Below are positions 9,292 to 17,554 of a stretch of DNA of 64,000 nucleotides, one piece after another. Origin of the DNA: Candidatus Scatosoma sp. (GTDB lineage: Bacteria > Bacillota > Clostridia > Christensenellales > Borkfalkiaceae); NCBI GenBank assembly GCA_045533485.1, contig JAZSHX010000019.1:8300-72299 (forward strand), in the 5' to 3' direction. The position numbers were made by a program, and so were the translations under genes. Each line of letters begins with the position of its first letter. Position 1 is the first letter of the stretch. The notes beneath the pieces are model-generated. The model was not told where the DNA came from and did not search any database. It saw only the letters and a list, made by a program, of their open reading frames with translations.

Positions 9292-11622
9292 TTATTCCGC
9301 ATCTGCAAAGTTAAGCGTAACGTCGCTATACGTATATGTGGTATTTGCAATACGCGCCATCGTACCGTTACCATCGGAATCATAGTTCGCAATCAAACGA
9401 AGCCCAATTGTAACAACGGAATACTGACTACTAATAGTGTTCGCTTTCGGCGTACCATCTGCTTCGAAATAATTAAAGTAAGTTTCTGCCTTAATTGTAA
9501 GCGTTACCGTGCCATCTTCATTAATAACGGGCGTACTGTCAATATTGTGACATTGATAATTATTTGCCGAACCGTCATTATACCACAAAATGTTGCAGGT
9601 ATACGTATGGTTGCTATGTGCTACAAATTCTGCAATCTTATATCCTTGCGCAGTCAACTTAAACGAAACAGATTCTGCACCCTTCGCTACGAATACATAC
9701 TTTAACCAACCTGCACTAAAACCAGTCGCACAGTTGTTGCCCGTCATCAAGAACGAAGCACTATTTAAGTCGGATTTAACGGTGGTGGTATCTACTCTCG
9801 TATCAAAATACGTTGCATCCAGCATTGTAACGTTCGGTGTCACATCGTCAATATAACCGCCCTTTACATAGCTTCCATTCGAAACATAAATACCAAAGCC
9901 CACGTAATTGATATCCGTACCGCTCAAAAGCTTACCATCCGTACCAAAAGCCGTATGATATTGCGCCGCCGTAAGCGTATTCAAGAAATATCCACCGTCT
10001 GCAACGTAAACTTGCGTTCCCGCTGTAATTTGCGAAGCAGTAAAGCTATTCGCGTATACTCTAAAACTATGCGTTGTCGTTGCACTCGCATCAGAAGAAT
10101 ACCACTTAAATCGCAACGAAGACGCTTGTAATTCGTTGAATACGTAATGCAAGTAGCTGGAGTCAACTACAAATCTGTTCTGCGAAGTATTAGAATCAAC
10201 TTTAACCGCATAATTACCATTTGCCGCCGTGGTCGCTACCGCCGTTGCAGCCATTGCACCAGCCGAAGTACCGCCTTGGATAGCCGCATTTGCTTTGCCA
10301 TCTTCAAAATTAATCGTGTCTACCGTATAATCGCCCATTTGGATATCATCGAAATACAAAATTTCAGGCGTAACGATATTTTGTGCTGCTGTTACGTTAT
10401 CTCCCGTGAACGCGATACGCATACAATGATTATATTCATTGCGTAACATTACATTCCAAAAATCTCTGTTATAGGAGAGCGTAAACTTATACAACGTTTC
10501 TTCGCCGTTCTGTACGGGAGAACCTTCTGCATAAAACATATTAGTACTGTTATAGCCATATAACATTTGGTAAGGAGAACCGTTCGCATTGTCATACAAA
10601 TAACGAATGTATGGAACATCAGAATAAATCGTCCACGTGAAATAGTCGTGTTCTTCAAAAATCCAGTTGATATAGTCTACGTTAAATGCAAATTTAGGAT
10701 TTTGAATATACTGTTCACCATTAAATGTACATTCTTTGACGTTTAATACTTTGTTGTTATCGGCAAGCGTTACAATTTCCCAATTAGTATTTCCGTTTAC
10801 ATTTGCCAAAGGAGAAACGGTTGCTTCGCCTTCAAAGCCGTATTTTTCGCCCCAAGTGCTTACGATTTCGCAAACCGTACCTGCGCCGCCCATAACTGCG
10901 TTGATTTTCGCTTTGCCTACGCCCGTTACCGTCACTTTACCATTGTTATCTACGGTTGCAACGCTGTCGTCGGACGAAGACCACATAACGCTATATCCGG
11001 CAGGCGTCGTCGTTGCCGTAAGCTGCACGGTTTCGCCAACTTCCGCTTCGATGCTTTGTCCGTCTTGTTCGCCAAGCGAAATTGCGCTGACAGCATTTGC
11101 CACGAACGCGTCTAATTGCGTGTCTACCGCGCCGCCTGCCAAAACTTTCGAAGCCGTTTTCGCGATGCTGGTCGTTGCTTCGTTGGACGTATGTACCACT
11201 TCGCCGTTTACTTCTACGTACGAAACAGCCGTAACTTCCGTCACGTAATCGCTTGCAGGGATTTCCAAAAGCACTGCGTTCCAGCCCGTGCTGTCCGTGC
11301 GCCAGTTGGTTGCAGGTACTTTCACTTGATAGGGAACTGCGTTGCCGTCGGGGTTTTGTTCCGTTACCACGCTGGACGTGAACGAAAGCACCGTGTAGCA
11401 TTCGGTGTTTTCCGCGCCTTTCAAATATTCGGGGCAGTCCACCTTAAATCTCAAACCCGTGGGGTTATTCACCGAGCCGTCGCCAAGACGTACAGCCGAT
11501 TCGGAAATTTGGAATTTAGTCCAGTCGGTTTCCGCTTGTGCGGTCACGTTTGCCGCGCCTACGCCTGCGCAAAGCGCCGCTGCAAAAGCCAAGGATGCTA
11601 CTAACGTAATTTTCTTTCTCAT
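9292..11622 (-). CDS. secreted protein with signal peptide, bacterial Ig-like (Big_2) domain and repeated beta-rich, CBM-like regions
   Basis: ORF 9292..11664. Start at ATG 11622 (AAGGAGGA 9 nt upstream). Signal peptide MRKKITLVASLAFAAALCAGVGA..AQA. Big_2 signature VQLTATTTPAG..WSSSDDSVATVDNNGKVTVTGVGKAKI. No LPXTG or C-terminal anchor. AT-richer than its neighbours by eye. Confidence 0.85.
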   Translation of the reverse strand: MRKKITLVASLAFAAALCAGVGAANVTAQAETDWTKFQISESAVRLGDGSVNNPTGLRFKVDCPEYLKGAENTECYTVLSFTSSVVTEQNPDGNAVPYQVKVPATNWRTDSTGWNAVLLEIPASDYVTEVTAVSYVEVNGEVVHTSNEATTSIAKTASKVLAGGAVDTQLDAFVANAVSAISLGEQDGQSIEAEVGETVQLTATTTPAGYSVMWSSSDDSVATVDNNGKVTVTGVGKAKINAVMGGAGTVCEIVSTWGEKYGFEGEATVSPLANVNGNTNWEIVTLADNNKVLNVKECTFNGEQYIQNPKFAFNVDYINWIFEEHDYFTWTIYSDVPYIRYLYDNANGSPYQMLYGYNSTNMFYAEGSPVQNGEETLYKFTLSYNRDFWNVMLRNEYNHCMRIAFTGDNVTAAQNIVTPEILYFDDIQMGDYTVDTINFEDGKANAAIQGGTSAGAMAATAVATTAANGNYAVKVDSNTSQNRFVVDSSYLHYVFNELQASSLRFKWYSSDASATTTHSFRVYANSFTASQITAGTQVYVADGGYFLNTLTAAQYHTAFGTDGKLLSGTDINYVGFGIYVSNGSYVKGGYIDDVTPNVTMLDATYFDTRVDTTTVKSDLNSASFLMTGNNCATGFSAGWLKYVFVAKGAESVSFKLTAQGYKIAEFVAHSNHTYTCNILWYNDGSANNYQCHNIDSTPVINEDGTVTLTIKAETYFNYFEADGTPKANTISSQYSVVTIGLRLIANYDSDGNGTMARIANTTYTYSDVTLNFADAE

Positions 11623-11768
11623 TGCCACGTTTCCTCCTTGCTGTTTGCGTTGCCGGGGAACCAAACACCGTTGTCCCCGTTGCTGTCCGTGAATTCCGCC
11701 GACGCTGTTAAAACGTCTGCATCGTCAAGGATAAGCAATTTGAGTTCAAAAGCTTCATACTTTCTCAT
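11619..11768 (-). CDS. 49-aa acidic small ORF translationally coupled (ATGA) to the Big_2 protein gene
   Basis: Hand translation gives MRKYEAFELKLLILDDADVLTASAEFTDSNGDNGVWFPGNANSKEETWQ. AAGGAGGA lies 10 nt upstream of its ATG. Its TGA overlaps the downstream ATG, and its last codons encode the downstream SD. Too short for the ORF track. Confidence 0.45.
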   Translation of the reverse strand: MRKYEAFELKLLILDDADVLTASAEFTDSNGDNGVWFPGNANSKEETWQ

Positions 11769-11946
11769 TTTCTTATATCCTCCTTGATATAAAAATTTTT
11801 TTATTTTTTACTGCTTTCAATATGCGCCACTTGACGGCAGTAAATTTTCTCTTATAAGTGTTTGCTTGTGCTTGTTTGTACAAGCACAAGGGAGCGCTCC
11901 CACACGATTTTTATACCAAAATGGAAATATGCCCCTTAATAGAAAT

Positions 11947-11975
11947 ATTATACCACTTTTTATTTTCACAATCAA
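11947..11975 (-). promoter_or_regulatory. sigma-A type promoter for the small-ORF/Big_2 operon (TTGATT-17-TATAAT, TG-extended)
   Basis: Minus-strand TTGATT (11970..11975), 17-nt spacer, TGgTATAAT (11947..11952). Gives a ~170-nt leader. Confidence 0.5.
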
Positions 11976-12159
11976 TGGCTTTTTATTACCCATATTTGGA
12001 CTACAAACACGCTATTTGTTTGTTTTTAACATATTTTCTTGTGATTTTGCGAAAAAATAACGGATTTTATGGGAAATCGGCTTGTTTTTTGTTGGTTTTG
12101 TGATAAAATTGTTAAGTGACAAACGGCATTTTTAGGATATATTGCCCGAATATGGACTA

Positions 12160-12188
12160 TTGTCAATTTACGTGTGTTATGTTATACT
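12160..12188 (+). promoter_or_regulatory. sigma-A type promoter for the XRE regulator (TTGTCA-17-TATACT)
   Basis: TTGTCA 12160..12165, 17-nt spacer, TATACT 12183..12188. The leader contains a 9-bp hairpin AGCTTTGCC/GGCAAAGCT. Confidence 0.5.
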
Positions 12189-12277
12189 TTTATATGCACG
12201 CGTTACAATATAATAAGCTTTGCCAAAAACCGTGAAACAGCGCGGCAAAGCTAATAAAAACCAAAGGAGAAAAAAAT

Positions 12278-12484
12278 ATGATTGTATACGATAAACTGTG
12301 GAAAACAATGAAGAAGAAAGGGGTGTCGCAATATAAGCTTATCCACACCTACAACATTTCTTCTGGGCAACTGGACAGACTGCGCAAAAACGAAAATATC
12401 AGCACGCACACGCTTAACGAACTTTGTTCTATTTTACAATGCGACGTTGGCGATATCGCTTCGTACGTGCCCGATGAAAATTAA
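12278..12484 (+). CDS. XRE/Cro-C1 family helix-turn-helix transcriptional regulator (68 aa)
   Basis: LWKTMKKKGVSQYKLIHTYNISSGQLDRLRKNENISTHTLNELCSILQCDVGDI is a classic short HTH_XRE protein. AAAGGAGA ribosome-binding site. Confidence 0.85.
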   Translation: MIVYDKLWKTMKKKGVSQYKLIHTYNISSGQLDRLRKNENISTHTLNELCSILQCDVGDIASYVPDEN

Positions 12485-12507
12485 ATGCAATTTTACACGG
12501 AAGAAAA

Positions 12508-12544
12508 CCCCCCCCCTTTTTCGCAAAGGGGGGCTTTTGTTTTG
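12508..12544 (+). terminator. rho-independent terminator after the XRE gene
   Basis: CCCCCCTTT / AAAGGGGGG stem followed by CTTTTGTTTT. Confidence 0.7.
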
Positions 12545-12560
12545 CTCCCTTTTGCACTAT

Positions 12561-12739
12561 TGTCACCCTGGAGCCTTAGCGATAGGATCTCTCCCAACAC
12601 TGTCACTCTGGAAGGAGTGTAACGACTGATAGAGTCTTAAGAGATTCTATCGCTCCACTGCGTTTCGCTCCAGAATGACAATACGGGAAGCGTGGCGTTC
12701 CGCTCCAGAATGACACAGGCGCGATACTCCAAAATGACA
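12561..12739. repeat. cluster of five family-F repeat copies, two inverted and three direct
   Basis: TGTCACCCTGGAGC.. (12561) and TGTCACTCTGGAAG.. (12601) are inverted relative to ..GCTCCAGAATGACA (12641..12680), ..CGCTCCAGAATGACA (12690..12714) and ..ACTCCAAAATGACA (12719..12739). Confidence 0.75.
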
Positions 12740-12751
12740 AGAAAAGCATTT

Positions 12752-12792
12752 TCTAAAAAATCAAAAACGGCGTAGCTTGGTTGCTACGCCGT
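12752..12792 (-). terminator. terminator of pnp (stem usable on both strands)
   Basis: ACGGCGTAGC / GCTACGCCGT 10-bp stem, with a T-run on the minus strand (TTTTGATTTTTT) and TTTTCATTTT on the plus strand. Confidence 0.75.
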
Positions 12793-12810
12793 TTTCATTT
12801 TGTTTTTTGT

Positions 12811-14913
12811 TTAGTCCATCTTTTCAAGCAAACGAAGGTCGATGCCCTTTTCGCCGATTTTGATGATTTCTACTTTTACTTTGTCGCCGATGTTGAGCAC
12901 GTCTTCCACTTTGTTCACTCTCTTTTCGGAAAGCTTGGAAATGTGGATCATACCGTCCTTGCCGGGTGCAAATTCAACAAATGCGCCAAGCGTGGAGAGT
13001 ACGCGAACAACTACGCCAACGAACATATCGCCCACTTCGGGATCGTGTGCAATGCTTTCCACAATCGCTTGCGCGCGTTTTGCGTTTGCGATGTCGCCGA
13101 AGCATGCGATACATACCGTACCGTCTTCTTCGATGTCAATCTTCGTGCCCGTTTGTTCGATAATCTTGTTGATAACCTTACCTTGCTTACCAACAACGTC
13201 GCCGATTTTTTCAGGGTTGATTTTGAACGTTACAATCTTAGGTGCATACAAGGAAAGTTCTTCCGCTACCGTAGGGATACATTCAAGCATCTTGCCCAAA
13301 ATGTGCTTTCTTGCTTGTTGTGCTTGCGCGATTGCATCAAGCATGATTTCTTCGGAAATACCTTTGATCTTGATATCCATTTGGATTGCCGTGATACCCT
13401 TGTCCGTACCTGCTACCTTGAAGTCCATATCGCCAAGGAAGTCTTCAAGACCTTGAATATCCGTCAAGATAACGTATTTGCCCGTTTCGGGATCTTTTAC
13501 AAGCCCCATTGCACAGCCTGCTACGGGTGCGGTGATGGGAACGCCTGCGTCCATGAGAGCCATCGTCGAACCGCATACCGATGCCATCGACGAAGAACCG
13601 TTGGACGAATAGATATCCGATACTACGCGGATTGCATAGGGGAATACGGAAGGATCGGGAATCACGGGAACAAGCGCGCGTTCTGCAAGTGCGCCGTGAC
13701 CGATTTCACGTCTGCCGGGGGAACGGAGCGCTTTTGCTTCGCCCGTCGAATAGCCGGGGAAGTTGTATTGATGCATATATCTCTTTTCTTCTTCTTCGTC
13801 AAGGCCTTCCATGCGTTGCGCTTCGCCAAGCATACCAAGCGTACACGTCGTAAGCGCTTGCGTTTGACCGCGTGTGAACACTGCCGAACCGTGTACTCTG
13901 GGCAAAATGCCGTGTTCGCACCAGATAGGACGAACTTCGGTAAGCGTTCTGCCGTCGGGACGGATACCCGTGTTGAAGATTTTGCTGCGAACGATGTTCT
14001 TTACAATATAATAAATGGAATCTTTCACTTCGCGCATATTGTCGGGATAAATTTCCGCGAAATGTTCGATGATTTCCGCTTCCGCCGCCGCTTGACGGGC
14101 TTGTCTTTCTTGACGATCGAACGTGTCAAGCGCCGCCGTCAATTTTTCCGTTGCGTATGCTTTCACTGCGTTGTCGATATCTTCGGGGATATGGTAGAAT
14201 TCCATTTCCTTCTTGGGTTTACCTGCCGCAGGTACGATTTCGTCAGCGATCCAAGCGCAGATTTTCTTTATTTCTTCGTGGCCGAACATGATTGCGCCAA
14301 CCATTTCCGCGTCGGTAACTTCGTTTGCGCCTGCTTCAATCATCAAGATTGCGTCGGACGTACCTGCCAAGTTCAAATGAATGGTGCTCTTCGCTCTTTC
14401 TTCTACGTTGGGGTTGATCACGTATTGACCGTCTACACAGCCCACAACTACCGAACCCGTAGGGCCTGCCCAAGGAATATCGGAGATGGAAAGCGCGATG
14501 GACGAACCGATCATCGCCAAAGGTTCAGGCGAAATGTCGGGATCTACGGAAAGCGCCGTCGCTACAACGACTACGTCGTTGAAAATTCCTTTCGGGAACA
14601 AGGGACGGATAGGTCTATCGATCAAACGGCTGGTCAAGATTGCCTTGTCGGATGCTCTGCCTTCGCGTTTTTTGAAGCCGCCGGGGATTTTACCTACGGC
14701 GAACATTTTTTCTTCGTAGTCTACGGACAAGGGGAAGAAATCCATACCTTCTCTTGCCGTTTCACTCATACATACGGATACGTGTACCGCCGTGTCGCCG
14801 CAGCGTACAAGGCACGCGCCGTTTGCTTGTTCTGCATACTTGCCGATTTCTACTACCAGTTCTTTGCCTGCGTAGTTGGTTTTGAACGTTTTGCTGTTTT
14901 CTAATGCTGGCAT
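12811..14913 (-). CDS. pnp: polyribonucleotide nucleotidyltransferase (PNPase)
   Basis: ORF 12811..14940. Two RNase PH domains, KH (GKQGKVINKIIEQTG) and a C-terminal S1 domain. Start moved to ATG 14913 (AAGGAG 8-9 nt upstream). Confidence 0.95.
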   Translation of the reverse strand: MPALENSKTFKTNYAGKELVVEIGKYAEQANGACLVRCGDTAVHVSVCMSETAREGMDFFPLSVDYEEKMFAVGKIPGGFKKREGRASDKAILTSRLIDRPIRPLFPKGIFNDVVVVATALSVDPDISPEPLAMIGSSIALSISDIPWAGPTGSVVVGCVDGQYVINPNVEERAKSTIHLNLAGTSDAILMIEAGANEVTDAEMVGAIMFGHEEIKKICAWIADEIVPAAGKPKKEMEFYHIPEDIDNAVKAYATEKLTAALDTFDRQERQARQAAAEAEIIEHFAEIYPDNMREVKDSIYYIVKNIVRSKIFNTGIRPDGRTLTEVRPIWCEHGILPRVHGSAVFTRGQTQALTTCTLGMLGEAQRMEGLDEEEEKRYMHQYNFPGYSTGEAKALRSPGRREIGHGALAERALVPVIPDPSVFPYAIRVVSDIYSSNGSSSMASVCGSTMALMDAGVPITAPVAGCAMGLVKDPETGKYVILTDIQGLEDFLGDMDFKVAGTDKGITAIQMDIKIKGISEEIMLDAIAQAQQARKHILGKMLECIPTVAEELSLYAPKIVTFKINPEKIGDVVGKQGKVINKIIEQTGTKIDIEEDGTVCIACFGDIANAKRAQAIVESIAHDPEVGDMFVGVVVRVLSTLGAFVEFAPGKDGMIHISKLSEKRVNKVEDVLNIGDKVKVEIIKIGEKGIDLRLLEKMD

Positions 14914-15090
14914 TGTTGTAAATTCTCCTTTTCTTTTCATTCTTTTTTGTTCTTGTCCATCTATACGACCTTCGTATAAACGGTGATCCCGATATACGGT
15001 TTACGGCGGATTTATGCCTGAACCCGTCCGTAAATTCCCCCTATACCGACAAAAAAGAGCGAGTGAAAACCCGCCCTTTTACGTGCTTTG

Positions 15091-15345
15091 TTACTTTCTC
15101 AAACCCAATGCTTCGATGATAGCTCTGTATCTTGCGATGTCTTTTTCTTTCAAATAATCCAAAAGACCGCGACGTTTACCTACCATCTTCAAAAGACCGC
15201 GACGGGAGTGATTGTCTTGCTTGTGTTGCTTCAAATGTTCGTTGAGATGGTTGATTCTTGCCGTCAACAAAGCGATTTGAACTTCGGGCGAACCAGTGTC
15301 GCCTTCGTGGGTTGCATGTTTTACAATAATTTCTTTCTTTTCCAT
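15091..15345 (-). CDS. rpsO: 30S ribosomal protein S15
   Basis: 84 aa. [45 protein letters not shown] is canonical S15, in the usual position upstream of pnp. Confidence 0.97.
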   Translation of the reverse strand: MEKKEIIVKHATHEGDTGSPEVQIALLTARINHLNEHLKQHKQDNHSRRGLLKMVGKRRGLLDYLKEKDIARYRAIIEALGLRK

Positions 15346-15491
15346 TTCTTTTTATCCTCCTATGGAATTTAACCCGTTATGCTAAGGGAAACGTGGAGAT
15401 TCGTATCTCTTGGCATACGTTAGCACTATTTTACCATAAACCGCGTATAAAGTAAATTGATTTTACGCCTTTTTTATGCTTTTTTTAGCAA

Positions 15492-16868
15492 TTATTCAAA
15501 AAATTTGCGTTTTTTTGCCACGTTTTCATCGATATTTTCGATATACGTCCTTAAATCCTTTTGCGTTCCCAAGCGTTCAATGCGCCCTTCCGCGTTATAC
15601 ACGCGCTTGGAAATGGCGTTCGCGCCGACCGCTAAATTGTCCGCCGTTTCTTCCATTACGTCGATATTGTACACGCACGCCTTGCCCGCTTTCGTCCAGC
15701 CCACGTTTTCGTTGTTGCCTGCTTGGTATTTTTGACGGTACATATAATAGGGTTGGTATCCGCTGTTTTTTAGAATTTGTCTGGATGCGCCTATCATTTG
15801 CGATATATCGTCGTTTTCAATGTACTGCGTTTCTTCCTTTAATTTCGCCCCCGATTTTAAGGATAAACAATGCACCGTGATATTGTCCGCGCCCGTTTGC
15901 ACGGCTTTTTCCACACCGCTTGCAAACGTGTCGGGCGTTTCGTCCGTCAGCCCTGCGATTAAATCAATATTGACGGTGAAGCCGTATTTTTCGCTAAGCG
16001 CATACGCGTGATAAAAATCTTCGATCGTGTGCTTTCTGCCTATTTTTTGCAAAGTTTGGTTGGAAAACGTTTGCGGATTGATACAAATTCTGTTGACGCC
16101 GTACGCTTTCAACAGCGCCAGCTTTTCTTCCGTGAACACGTCGGGACGGCCTGCTTCTACCGTGTACTCCACTCCCTTGCCGTGTTTCTCAAAAATGGGC
16201 GCAATCGCCTGCAAAACCTGCTCCAAATCCTGCGTTTCCAGCGCAAACGGCGTACCGCCGCCCACGTATACACTACGCAGATTTTTGACGCTTTCTTCCG
16301 CGTAAATCAACTCTTTTTTCAAGCATTCGATATAGGCAGGTACGAGGTGACGGGTTTTTTCGATGGGCGCGGTGATAAAGGAACAGTACGCGCATTTGGT
16401 CGGGCAAAAAGGCAAGGAAACGAACAAATCGGTGTTGCCGTCTTGCTTTTGATAAATCCCCTTTTGCGCCTGCAAAATATCTTCCACCAAACGAATATTT
16501 CCTTGTTGCACGTACATGCTTTGGAAAAGCTTTTTGAAATCTTCTCCGCGCTCCAACTCACTGTACGCAAGCTTGGTGGGACGAATACCCGTCAACGCGC
16601 CCCAAGGCATTTTTTGGTCGTATTTATCGCTTAAAATTTCGTATAAATGCAGTTTGGCAAAACGGCGTTCCAAGCGCTTTAAGATAAGGTCATTTTCTAT
16701 AACCGCCCTATCGGCGAACGAATATTCTTTGCCGTCCACGTTGAATGCGTTATAAAACACGCCGTTTTCGCAGTGAAAGGCGTGTGTGATTTGCGCAGGA
16801 CGGTCTTTGAACAGCCGTGCTACATCTAATATTTCATTTTCCAAAAATGCGCAGTTGCTTGTCAGCAT
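15492..16868 (-). CDS. hemZ: HemN-related radical SAM protein (HemZ-type coproporphyrinogen dehydrogenase-like)
   Basis: 458 aa. Radical SAM CxxxCxxC (FCPTKCAYCSF) within a HemN-like core, with a long N-terminal extension as in HemZ-type proteins. Confidence 0.75.
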   Translation of the reverse strand: MLTSNCAFLENEILDVARLFKDRPAQITHAFHCENGVFYNAFNVDGKEYSFADRAVIENDLILKRLERRFAKLHLYEILSDKYDQKMPWGALTGIRPTKLAYSELERGEDFKKLFQSMYVQQGNIRLVEDILQAQKGIYQKQDGNTDLFVSLPFCPTKCAYCSFITAPIEKTRHLVPAYIECLKKELIYAEESVKNLRSVYVGGGTPFALETQDLEQVLQAIAPIFEKHGKGVEYTVEAGRPDVFTEEKLALLKAYGVNRICINPQTFSNQTLQKIGRKHTIEDFYHAYALSEKYGFTVNIDLIAGLTDETPDTFASGVEKAVQTGADNITVHCLSLKSGAKLKEETQYIENDDISQMIGASRQILKNSGYQPYYMYRQKYQAGNNENVGWTKAGKACVYNIDVMEETADNLAVGANAISKRVYNAEGRIERLGTQKDLRTYIENIDENVAKKRKFFE

Positions 16869-16876
16869 ACCAGTCC

Positions 16877-17497
16877 TTATAAGTCCGCTAAAAAGGGATT
16901 GTGTTTCTTTTCTTGAAGAAGCGTCGTTTGTTCGTTATGCCCTGCATATACGGGCATATCGTCCAACGCGGTTAAACGACGTAAGCTTTGCTGTAAAAGC
17001 GACAAATTGCCCGTAGGAAAATCCGTTCTGCCGATGCTTTGACAAAAGAGCGTATCGCCCGTGAACAAATACCTGCCCCCATCGTTTGTCGTGATAAGAT
17101 AGCAAACACTGCCCTGCGTATGCCCCGGCGTATGCAGGGTTTTTACGCGAATTCCGCACAGCGTTTGTTCTTCGTTATCCGCCAGCGTCCCATCGATTTT
17201 GAACGGCGTTCTCGGTGCGCCGAACGCATCGAAAAGGTCGGCGGCTGTGCCGATAAGCGGTTTTTCCTGTTCACCGCAAAGCACCTTTGCGCCCGACTGC
17301 TGCAACGCCGCCACACCGCCTACGTGGTCGAAATGACAGTGCGTTAACAACACGTATTCCGCTTTTAAGCCAAGCTTGATAAGCTCACTTTCTACGCGCA
17401 GCTGCGACGGATCGATTACGATTGCCGTTTGATTGTTTTGCGTGAGCACGTAGGTGTTTGCGCCAAAGCCACGCGGAGAGATTTGGATGATTTGCAT
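16877..17497 (-). CDS. MBL-fold metallo-hydrolase (hydroxyacylglutathione hydrolase-like)
   Basis: ORF 16877..17554. HxHxDH motif THCHFDHVGG. Start moved to ATG 17497 (MQIIQISPRG). Confidence 0.88.
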   Translation of the reverse strand: MQIIQISPRGFGANTYVLTQNNQTAIVIDPSQLRVESELIKLGLKAEYVLLTHCHFDHVGGVAALQQSGAKVLCGEQEKPLIGTAADLFDAFGAPRTPFKIDGTLADNEEQTLCGIRVKTLHTPGHTQGSVCYLITTNDGGRYLFTGDTLFCQSIGRTDFPTGNLSLLQQSLRRLTALDDMPVYAGHNEQTTLLQEKKHNPFLADL

Positions 17498-17554
17498 ATT
17501 ATTTTCCTTGATATACGTTAAAACGTGGAGAGTGCGGCAGTTTGCCGCAAACAT

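Noticed and set aside
11619-11768. Small ORF as a lasso-peptide or other RiPP precursor
   Set aside because: The N-terminus only loosely resembles the YxxPxL leader motif. No RRE/PqqD-like protein, cyclase, protease or radical SAM gene is adjacent, and the putative core has no Cys or characteristic residues. It is retained only as a translationally coupled small ORF of unknown role.
11858-12103. 81-aa and 64-aa plus-strand ORFs in the Big_2/XRE divergent region
   Set aside because: They have no ribosome-binding site and hydrophobic, aromatic-rich junk-like translations. They overlap the predicted minus-strand promoter and leader.
12339-12347. Perfect DnaA box TTATCCACA, with a one-mismatch TGTGGAAAA at about 12297
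   Set aside because: Both lie inside the XRE coding sequence (codons for KLIHT and LWKT). They are isolated, and a single 9-mer match is expected by chance in 64 kb.
8992-12740. Prophage, integrative element or IS in the repeat-flanked segment
   Set aside because: There are no integrase, transposase, recombinase or phage structural genes, no tRNA target, and the flanking repeats are short degenerate palindromic units rather than att-like sequences. It is described only as a possible accessory segment.
12781-14904. 707-aa ORF on the plus strand, almost the full length of pnp
   Set aside because: It is the mirror frame of a well-supported PNPase gene. The translation is R/F/C/H-rich low-complexity sequence (FRR, CRR runs) with no ribosome-binding site. 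Long stop-free antisense frames are expected opposite genes with this codon usage.
15040-15090. rpsO terminator / pnp leader hairpin
   Set aside because: Only a weak 5-bp stem (GGGCG/CGCTC) with a 10-nt loop precedes the T-run. That is too weak to call confidently by eye.
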